In this document: in pieces, positions 27,420 to 36,985 of the stretch
Layout: each line of letters opens with the position of its first letter
Numbering within the stretch: position 1 is the first letter of the stretch
Assembly (NCBI GenBank): GCA_973895155.1
Contig: OZ316891.1
Span: 13,051,037-13,115,036 of the forward strand
DNA from: Marsupella aquatica
Taxonomy: Eukaryota; Plantae; Marchantiophyta
Direction: 5' to 3'
Length of the DNA stretch: 64,000 bases
Notes under the pieces: model-generated
Seen by the model: only the letters and a program-made list of their open reading frames with translations
Databases searched by the model: none
Told to the model about the DNA's origin: nothing
Made by a program: the position numbers and the translations under genes

Positions 27420-28460
27420 CAAGGGTGGCAGTAATCCAAGTGTTGCGGTGGTAGCGAACTATCTTAACAAGACCATTAACATTGCCATTCCATTCGAGGA
27501 AATACCTGGCCGAGACAGTGTAATGCTGCTCACCAAGTTTTTCAAGCAAGTTTGCAAGAAAGACGGTGACCTCTATCCCTCTCAGACCCTGATGGAACTG
27601 TACCGTGCCTTCCACAACATTCTTAGGAATAAATGGGAGAGGCACATCATCAAAATAGGTAAGGAAGAGCCAGTGTTTGACATGAGATCTTCCCCTCTCT
27701 TCAAGCGGCCGGTGGCTATTGCATGTGTTTTGGCTATGGAGCAATCAAAGAAGGCCGGTGCAAACCTGCCACGAAATTAAGAAGGCCTTGGTAATCACCT
27801 TTGCTGACAAAAAGCTACTATTCTGGCTCATTTGAGCACTTCAGTCACACATTCCAGAAGCCTGTAGTGGAGGGCAGTCACCTTCTTACTAAATTGATTT
27901 TGTATCCATGGTGGGAAAGAACTATACAATCTAAAGAAACATGATTTTTATGATTGGATATGGCATGCATGGTTGTTTTGTTAAATACAACGAGAGGCTT
28001 AACAAGAACTATTGAATAAGGACAGATCGTTAACCAAGAAGAACACTTCAGGCACGCTGTGATTAACTGTGACTTTGATGTGCTTGAAACACTCAAGATA
28101 TGTGTTGATTCATCACCTTGTTCATCACCTTCCAGTAATGTCATATTTCTCTTTTACCAATGCATTGATCATCCAAGAAGGCATGATTGGTATTCAACTT
28201 CTAGACTTGGTGAGAAAATCTTGGGTTCTTGTCTTAAGGTTGTGCACCAAGAGGGTAGGTTGGCCAGCTGTCCATGGACTGGGCACAATTGGTGTATCCA
28301 ACAAGACAGGCGCACAACTTGTGTCTAGCGGATCGGTGCTCAGGGTGTCCCATTGATAGTTTATGAAGATTTCTGGTCACAAGAGCGAGGGTGCCCACAA
28401 ACAATATGATCATAGTTCTGAGGATCAAGTGCGAGCCGCATTGAGATGTGCCACTGATGG
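27420..28460 (+). pseudogene. Crypton/DUF3504-type tyrosine recombinase, degenerate (stops and frameshifts)
   Basis: Ordered motifs across frames: LLTKFFKQVCKKDGDLYPSQTLMELYRAFHNIL (cf. LxKFFxEVRKKDGxEYxPxTL), FCI[H<R]GGKELYNLKKHDF (cf. FGLRGxxEHxxL), YNERLNKN, WYSTSRLGEKILG (cf. WYxxxPLGxNTL), SNKTG/RTT, GVP..MKISGHKSEGAHKQYD with the catalytic Tyr codon at 28405-28407. Confidence 0.8.
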
Positions 28461-30809
28461 CAGTCCTTACTCGCCAGTGAGTTTGGAGACAACAGAGGGG
28501 AAACAGGTGCTCATTGATGGAGGTATAGGCCAGGAAGAGATTGTCCCTGCTGTTTCTGTTGATGGTGATACAGGCCAGGCCGAGACTGATCCTACTGTTC
28601 CTATGGATGAACCACAACTGAAGAAAGCAAATGATGGAGCATGGGTAGAAGGTAATAAGCTTTCTTTTTTGGTTGAAGTTCTTGGGTTAGTTTGTGGATC
28701 ATGAGGATAATAAGTTTATTTTTGTGTTTTGTGCACAGGGAATGTACTATATTGAGTTTGCAGACTGGGTTGGTCTCAGAAGTCCTTGTTGAGGCTGCTC
28801 AAAGTGAAGTAGCTATTACACTTGTGAGCTTTGAGCTCCAGCCTGACATGTGGTGCCTTCCCTGATTGCACCAAGCTCTGATGAGCCAATCCACTTCAGT
28901 CAACAACCACAGTGCTTGTTTCCTTGAGTCCATGGAGGGATGGGTTGAGTGCCGAGCCAAGGTGGAGAGAGATTGCTCCCCCTAACGTGAGTGTTATTAA
29001 CCCTATGGTGAATATTGTTGTTGATAAAATTTAAGCGCTAACCAATTGCACCATGAATGGTTCCACATTTAGCCTTAATTTTGGCCCACATGGACAAGGA
29101 CCTGGATTAATAGATAGTAGACTTTGCTCATATTATACAACACATTATAGCAGCTAGTGGAAATTTGTATGGGTGTCCAGAATTGCCTGGAGGCGTTCAT
29201 CTTAGCTCTTTGAGTCATTGAACTGTGATTTTTGTTTACACATCAATAAAGTTCTATCCCCCACCATGGGATTTCATTATCAAAGTTCTTGCGTTTTTGA
29301 AATTGCCAGCTATATCCCCGGCTGTATCCACAAATTAACTGGTGTACAAATATGGTTTTTGTGGTGTATGAGATATAAAGCTGCCTACACAGCAAGCCCT
29401 GAGAAGCGAAGAGCAATAAAAATCACTAAACTACCCTTAACGCCGGGGGCCGGGGGGGGGGGGGAGTTGGGCCGTATCCCCACCCAGCCCGCACTATGTG
29501 AACCAGGGGGGGGGGGCTAATAATAATTGCTAAAGTTCACATGACAGGCCCAAAAATGGCAAACTGATTGTCAAAATCTTATTGTTCAACCTATTATTGT
29601 GACAAAAAGTTTTTGTCATGGGTCCTCCTTACACTAACTTTACGGTTCTAGGGCTAGTCTTAGCTGGTGTTTGTTTATGGAAACAGTAACCGGGTTAGTG
29701 ATCATAGATGGGACAAAATATTTTAACTTGCTTCCAGACTGTGGCCGGGCCATTCTAATTTTCCTGAGCCAAAAGTTTTATGAGTTTACTTTTTAAGGTA
29801 TTTGGCTGACACCTATGGTAGCCAAATACCTTTTCTCAGGGTGTTTCAGGCTGTCAGGTTTAGAATTTGATTCCCTTGCCAATTCCTGCAAATCTCAGCA
29901 TATTTTCCCTGCACAACCATGTCTGAATGTCCCTTTATTGCACAAATTTTCAGGCTGTTGCGTCTACCCTTTAATTTTACTCTCAATTTCCCGAAAGCCC
30001 TACATGTTTTCCCACAACAGCCCATACTTTTGAAACCTAGCTTTATTGTGGAGATGCCAAATACCTTACTAATAATTTGCATCATAAGCTAGAGTTGGGG
30101 GCTAGGCTTTTAGAATGAAGCCTCTAGACCTTGACTCTAGGGCCCCACCAAAATTTAAGGAGGTATTTGCTTGATGGGACCCCTGACTGATCCAGACTGT
30201 TGATTGATGTTGATAGGCCTTGAATCAACTGACCCAACATTTCAGACACATTTCAATTTGGGGTCCCATTAAAAAACGACCTCAAAGTTTGTGTTATGGA
30301 AAGAAAACATATTATGCAAGTCAAAATAATATCATACACAATTATTTTTGTCAATCATTTTTATTAACTTTCGAAGAATGTTCGGGCTCGTGTGTCACTA
30401 ATCGTTTTTGCTTGAACCTAATTACTAACTGCGGTACACGTCTGACGGTGTCATCTCAGAACGGTGGCAGTAGTGTACTGTACACTGTAAAATCGGGACG
30501 AAGGGGTCCTCTTTCGTCCCCACAGGACACAGGTCACAGGACGACCGTCATACGGTAAGGTAACGCGGCATGCTAGGGAGTCGTGCGGACTGCACAGGCA
30601 AGGTCGTGTACTCGTGTGCTCCAGGCCCGCTCTATGGCCTGTGGGTCGTCGACCTGCAATTGCCGGTGGCGGGGATGATCGTTCCCGGTGAGGCGGGACG
30701 TTAGAGACGGAGGGGACGCGGAAAGGTGACTTGCGGGGGAGGTCTCGGCGGTGGAGTGGTGCAAGACAGGACTAGCGTAGCCGACGGCCTATCTCTGTGC
30801 CGCGAACTC

Positions 30810-30920
30810 GCTCTCAGCTCCTCTTCTTTTTCTGGTCTTCCGCTGCTCTTTTCGCTCAAGAGAGGGGAGGCTCGCTCTCTCGTTCGCTCTCTCGCTCTCT
30901 CTTTCTCTCTCTCTCGCTGG
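30810..30920 (+). promoter_or_regulatory. CT-rich (Y-patch/GAGA-like) tract in the CpG-rich ADF promoter/5'UTR
   Basis: (CT)n/CTCG-rich run ~450 bp upstream of the ADF ATG, in a CpG-retaining segment. Confidence 0.5.
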
Positions 30921-31363
30921 CTGTGCTCGTGGCTGGCGTCTTGCGAGCGAGCACCTTAGCAAGTAGCAACGTCGGCCGTCTGAGTTCGCTCGCTCGTCCC
31001 GCGTTCTTCGTCGCGAGAGGGAGGAGCCGAATATAGCATGCAAGCTTGATCAGCGCCTCCCTGCTTGTGGATCGCCTCGCTCGGCTCGTCTCGGCTCGGC
31101 TTCTTGTTATTGCGCGGATGCACACCGGGATCTTGGAACTAGTTGCGCAATTTTGGGAGTCGAGGAAATCCAGGAAGGGAGGGACGGAGGAGCGCAGGAG
31201 CAGAAGAGAGACGAGGAGGCGTTCGATCGACGAGTTGAGGCGAGGCAGGGCGGGGCGAGGCCAGCGGAAGTTAGCGTTGACTCGAGTGCGTGGAAGCGAA
31301 GTGCGGTGGTGGTAGTTCGTCTCTTGGCGGAAGCATTTGGTCGTGTACTCAGCGATTATTGCA

Positions 31364-32062
31364 ATGGTATGTAGTCTGCACTAGTGCGGATCTTGTCGAG
31401 AGGTTAGTGTGGATCCTTTGCTCAATGTCAGTGACGGTGTGAGGTAGCGATTGTGAGTAGCCTGATGTGGTCTGAGAAGAGCGATCGGTGGATGTAAGGT
31501 GACTTGAACGCTTCGCAAAGAATTTATTTACGTTCTTTCTTTATGCAGGCGAACGCTGCGTCGGGAATGCGTGTTAGCGACGATTGCAAACTGAAGTTTA
31601 TGGAGTTGAAGAAAAAGAAGACCTATAGGTACATCATTTTTAAAATTGACGAGAAGGTACAGGAGATCACAGTGGAGAAGGCTGGGGGCCCTAACGAGAG
31701 TTATGATGCTTTTTCGTCGTCTCTTCCCGAGAGTGACCCGAGATATGGCATCTTCGACTTCGATTTCGTCACCGAGGACAACTGCCAGAAAAGCAAGATT
31801 TTCTTCATCGCGTGGTAAGGTTGAAACCTACTGGTCTGTGGCTCTCCTGTTGACAAATTGCTCGTCGTCCCTTGGGTGTCTGTTGTATGACTCGAATGAC
31901 TGCTTTCTCAGGTCTCCAGATACTTCCCGAGTCAAGGCTAAGATGTTGTACGCTACCTCCAAGGACAGATTCAGGAGGGAACTGGACGGTATTCATTACG
32001 AGGTGCAGGCAACAGATCCGACCGAAATGGACATTGAGGTCATCAAGGAGCGGGCCAATTGA
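31364..32062 (+). CDS. ADF: Actin-depolymerizing factor (ADF/cofilin), 139 aa, 3 coding exons
   Basis: Exons 31364-31366 (ATG only), 31549-31814 and 31912-32062 (420 nt), with GT-AG introns. Protein [35 protein letters not shown]...[74 protein letters not shown]. The ATG-only first coding exon and Ser6 are canonical for plant ADFs. Confidence 0.97.
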
Positions 32063-34534
32063 GTCAGATGGCATTTCACATTCTGGATCTAGCAACCACG
32101 AGTTTGTGCACCGAGGTTGCACCATCGCAAAGTTTTTCTCATCGGAGGACAAGGCCGCAGTGAGAGAATCTCATTCTTCGATGCAGTGATTCAGCATTAC
32201 ATGTTATCCCGGAAGTTAGTGTGCAGATGCATCGTTTTCCAATTTCCGTAGTTTGAATGTATGGCCAGGAGACAATAGTTTGATCCATTTGAGCCGCATA
32301 TGCTTTGTGCCTGCCGCCCAGTGATAAATCTAAATGTCATCTGTTCGCGGCACAGAATGTTGCAAGAAAGTTTTACAAAGATTGTCTCATAGAGTGACAG
32401 AAGTTTTATGTGAGGGAGATTCCTTTGGCTTGCCCGATAATGCTAGATGCAAATCCTTTCAGGTTCTGAGAGCTCCTCACGAAGTATTCAATCAGTTAAT
32501 TTTTCCTTCCTCATCTTATTCTCGAGTACAAAGCTATCTAAATCGTTCGAAGTCTCTCGCGGACATGGTGATTGATGAGTTTGGCTCCGGTGAACGGTTA
32601 TCGGTCTATTTTCATGTATTCACCTCGTGAGGCTTTTTGACCGTTATCAAAATGTCAATGTCTTTGATGCGTTGTTATCGTGTTGTCTTCCGGCATCTAG
32701 CTCGCTATCTCGGAGTTATTGTGGCTAATCTGTTCTGGAATTCTAGATTATAACTGGCAGAATACCAGCATTGAGAGAGTTTTTCATCTTCTTCGTTTTA
32801 TCTCTTTGTATCTTTGTTTCTGGTCTGTGTCTATGTGATACTTTGTAGCTCGACTCTTTCTATTGTATTTGTGATTAGTGTCAGTATTCATTGAATTTTC
32901 ACACCAGATTAAACTCTGCAGCCGATCGCTTCAAATTTTGTATTTCTGTTCTGAAGTTTTAGGGAATACTTTAAAAGTACGACTCGGCGTACTAGCTCGA
33001 GCCCTAATTGAAGCTGTTTGCTGGTAACCTTTCCGCAGAGAAAGTTGTATGTCAGACGTTGCGTTCTGCATTGCTCCATAGTTGCAAGGTAAGACAGTGG
33101 GCGGGAGGAAATCACTTACCTGAGACGAGTTTATCCTATCAAGTTTTTAATTGGTAATGGGAGATTAAGATACCTATCGATTTGACTTTTGAGTTCTGTA
33201 GTCAGTTTCGCTCCATTGTTTTGGCGGAGGAACGACGTTATCGAATGTTCTAGGAGACGACAAGCTTGGGGAAGGATTCTATGGATAGAGGCATAGACTC
33301 CGTTGAGATCACAATTACATTTGTCCAGGGGTGTATCTCGTATGTCTTTGATACTTACTTTTGTAATGTGCGAGGATTGAGCTTACCATTAGGAATCTTA
33401 GGAATGATGTCTGTGGCTCCATTTGCTGTGTATGTTTGGATGGCTGTCGAGTTAAACCACGAATTCACGTAATTTTGTTGTGTAAACTGCCGTTAGTTCT
33501 TTGGGGAGCAAGAGCGTTAGTCGCAGTTGGCTTGCAATAATTGGTTTAATTTGATAAAAGAAGGGAATTTCCCGTTCCGGTGTGGAGGTGTCAGTGAAGG
33601 TACAGGCAGCTCCAGCTTGTATTTCTTGTGGTTTTGATACGTCAAGTGTTTGGCGTGGAAGTTCCCTGTCGTAGTGGATCTCTTTTTCTTTTCATGTTTG
33701 TTCCCCCGACAACGTCTTTACAATTCGAATGGAAATTTTTAGATTGTTCTTGTTTGCCTTGTCAACTTACTGGCTTCTACTTGATATTGGGTCCTTTGAC
33801 TGCGATGGCTGTATACTTTCAGGTGGTTCATACAAATCAGCTGACAGTGAACTACTCTTATTCGTCAGTAGTTCGTCTTGGCACATTTAGATATATGAGC
33901 GAATTTTAAAGTGTTATTGTTTCGTTACGTTGTTAACCTTAGATTATGTTGAAAATCGTTCCACCTTGAATAGGTTGGCTAGTCGATTCAAGACACCTCG
34001 GCAATCTCCTTGTCGTTTTGTGTCCTGGGCTCATTCAGTTTCTTGAGTCTTGACTTGTTCCCGGTGAGTACATTATTTTCAATTTGTTCAGTTCAATTGA
34101 CTGAATTCTTCCACTTTAGGGCGGTGAAAGTTTTCAAATTTTCAGTCAAAGAGATCTTAACTATTGTTTGTAATCAGTGAGCTTCCCTAGTTTTCTGGTT
34201 GTGGATACTCACAGTTTCGATCTTTTCCCCTTTAGATGTTACATGAAGCTACTTTCTGATGTAATTACTGGAAGTCAAGAGCCTCGTTTTCATGGATCGC
34301 TTGCAAATTTTTCGTCCTGGCTATATTGAAGCACCTCTTACTGCATGGTTTTTTTTTGGGTCCTGGTACTGGTCTGTGTGACACTTTTTAGGATGGTCTT
34401 GTGGGAGCTGTCCGGTAGCACTTCAGGCTGTTGAAGCTAAAGCTGTTTTGTTTTGGTTGTTTTTCCTCTTGAGTCTGGTTTGATCTGCTATCGGGTGGGT
34501 CTCTGTTTTTGGAAGCTTTACCTGTCAATTATTC

Positions 34535-34803
34535 TCTGTTCGACTTTGCATTGGATATTCTTCTCGGTGACATCCATTATTGTATGTCAGTGTTGAAGCT
34601 GTTATTGGTGTAGGTCTAACGCAATTTGGGAAGCCTGATGTCGGCCACAGACCAGTTTCTTTCTCGTATCTGTTCGACTTTGCATTGGATATTCTTCTCG
34701 GTGACATCCATTATTGCATGTCAGTCTGTTGAAGCTGTCATTGGTATCCGTCTAACGCAATGTGGGAAGCCTGATGTCGGCCACAGACCAGTTTATTTCT
34801 CGT
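34535..34803. repeat. Tandem duplication, ~134-bp unit x2
   Basis: TCTGTTCGACTTTGCATTGGATATTCTTCTCGGTGACATCC...GGCCACAGACCAGTTT starts at 34535 and 34669, with a few substitutions. Confidence 0.92.
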
Positions 34804-36689
34804 CGCGTGATATTTTGGTCCCTCTCTAAGTGCCGATATTTGGGGGATCCTGCATGTGATCTCATTGTAAGGAATGGTTCATTATAAGCAAAAGATTCTC
34901 AAGCTTGTGAGGCGCTAGAGGAACAATAATTCATTCGCTCTGTCCTGAGAGCTCTATCTATAAAGGACCGATTCCGACTTGGGTAAGTGGTATATCCATA
35001 GGAATCATTGTGAGGGACCGAGGGAACCAGGGCCAAATACAGGGTGACCCAAGGAAACAGAGGGTGCCTCAGACAAAGATAGCGTGACCCAAGGAAAGAG
35101 GGTGCGATGGGGATGGCATGCCGGAATGAGGCTCTCCGGGAAAAATAATTCACTCCCAAAGAGCCCTAAAGGAACTACTTATGTCTGTGGATCCAATATA
35201 TATGTGTGAGGGTGCCATGGTTACTGTGTCCAATGACTGGGTGTTTTTTTGCCTACTTCGTGTCTTGATTTATGTCCCATGACTGGGTGTTTTTTGCCTA
35301 CTTCTTCATGTCTTGACTGAGACAGGGATTTAGAAGGATGTTATCAAGCGACCTGTCTCTAGGCAAGAAACCAGCCCTCTTTGAAAGGCAGAATTCTTGG
35401 GGAAGGAATTTTCTGTATTTGTCAAAATTGTTACTAACCTAAGTTCGCACCCAGAAGTGCAATACACATTCAAAGCTTGGACATATATTTTGAACTCAAT
35501 GTTTCGGCTCACTCAACAGACTCAATAGGAATCAAATTGTGTATCCACGGCACTGTCACCACCATGGATCCCTCCAAAACATGTGCACGATGCATGCAAT
35601 GACGACGCATTGCAAACCCTGCATCTTACAGTAAACAAACAAGAAGGATCTTGATTTATCAAACTCTACATATACATCTGAAAGCCTTCTTGCTTTGACA
35701 TTGGTCAAAATTACTTCCTTGTTCTTTTGACCCAATTCAAGGTTTAAATATCAGAAGGGTTGGTTTAGATAGGATTGTTTTGGACAGGTATAAATATTTA
35801 TTGGCGAAAGGCTAGCTTGACCTAGCCATTGTAGCACCCAAAAATTTAGCAAGTTTTCTAACCTATGTGTGTACATGGAATTAATGGTTATTTATGTTTT
35901 ACTATTTTAATACCTTTGCCTTGCATTGCCCACAGGATCATTCTTATTGAAATGTTGTGGTTGTCGAGGTGTCTGCCAGGGGGAAGTGGCAGGCTGGAGG
36001 TGATTGACATTATGTTAGAAGATTTAAGGTGGTTTACGTAGAAGATTGCAAGCAAAATTCGGAAAAGAAAAGTACAAGCTAGGGTTAGCTTACTCTATTT
36101 TGCAATCATGACCTAATTAAAATATCACTATTTTACAAAGCAATATATTGTAAAATGGATTAAATTCTGACATTGTATTATAATAAAAATATTCAATAAG
36201 GAATATTCTTAATTTTATTTTTACACACCTTATTTTACTTCACAGACTTTATAAAACTTCTGGAGAAATTGGTACAAATATACATATTTTGGATAGCAAC
36301 TCGTGCCTATACTTTTTTTATAGTTTATCCCCAAGACCCAAGTTGGGCAAATGACAAACAAAAGAAGTAAACCGAGATGTGCATGCAGAAGATGCTTGAC
36401 ACAAAAGATTGCATGGGTAAGTGGGTGGGGGGAAAATTGGGGAAATGGTAACTAAAGTTGGAAGGGAAAGGAGGTGGATGTGAACATAATAGCATCAAAG
36501 TGCTATTGTCATGTATTGGCTAAAATAGAGATGTGCAAACAGATCATATTAAATTGAAGAGAATACAGATGCAGACAACAAACTTTATTCCTTTCAGTAG
36601 AGAACCTCCTTAGACAAGGTTTTTTTTGGCTCTTGAAAGTAAATGAGGAAGAACACTTAGTAGTCTCTCCCTACCCCAATAGTGACATA

Positions 36690-36985
36690 CATTTTTTCTA
36701 GGGACCCATTTCAGGGTGAGCTCCTGCAGAGCCTAAAGGGAGCCACACCAGAAGGGAGTATTAAATCAGGGTAGCAAAGTGGGAGCCACACCAGAAGGGA
36801 GTATTAAATCAGGGTAGCAAAGTGGGGAACCGGCGCTGAGGAGATATATCAGAACTCCCATCCACTACCCACAAAATCCATCCAACCCACACATATATAA
36901 CAGCCCTGTGTATGGAGAGGGATTGACCCATGGACCTTTCAGTTCCATGCTAATCCCATAGCCAACTGACCTAAGTAAGTTGGTT
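36690..36985 (-). mobile_element. tRNA-derived SINE with an internal 43-bp tandem duplication
   Basis: Minus strand: A-box-like TAGGTCAGTTGG (36973-36962) and B-box-like GGGTCAATCCC (36929-36919) at tRNA spacing. Short A tail (T run 36692-36697). Imperfect flanking GACA(T)ACATT direct repeat. A 43-bp unit is repeated at 36738 and 36781. Confidence 0.6.

Larger units (their letters stand above)
18337..29376 (+). mobile_element. Putative decayed Crypton-like (tyrosine recombinase) DNA transposon interrupted by a LINE; boundaries tentative
   Basis: The YR pseudogene lies at ~27420-28460. Exon-like segments flanked by AG/GT occur on both sides of the LINE. A candidate short terminal inverted motif is ATATCTCA (18337-18344) / TGAGATAT (29369-29376). 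The boundaries rest on only an 8-bp match. Confidence 0.4.

Noticed and set aside
19694-28460. Single DIRS-like retroelement combining RT and tyrosine recombinase
   Set aside because: The RT is of the non-LTR type fused to an APE endonuclease, lies on the opposite strand and is enclosed by its own 17-bp TSD. It is an independent insertion.
30573-31125. Several overlapping GC-rich ORFs upstream of ADF
   Set aside because: They are low-complexity translations (ERER/SLSL) of the CT-rich promoter or leader.
34575-34645. Duplicated box C/D snoRNA
   Set aside because: A CTGA and a short terminal stem are present, but there is no RTGATGA box C at the expected position.
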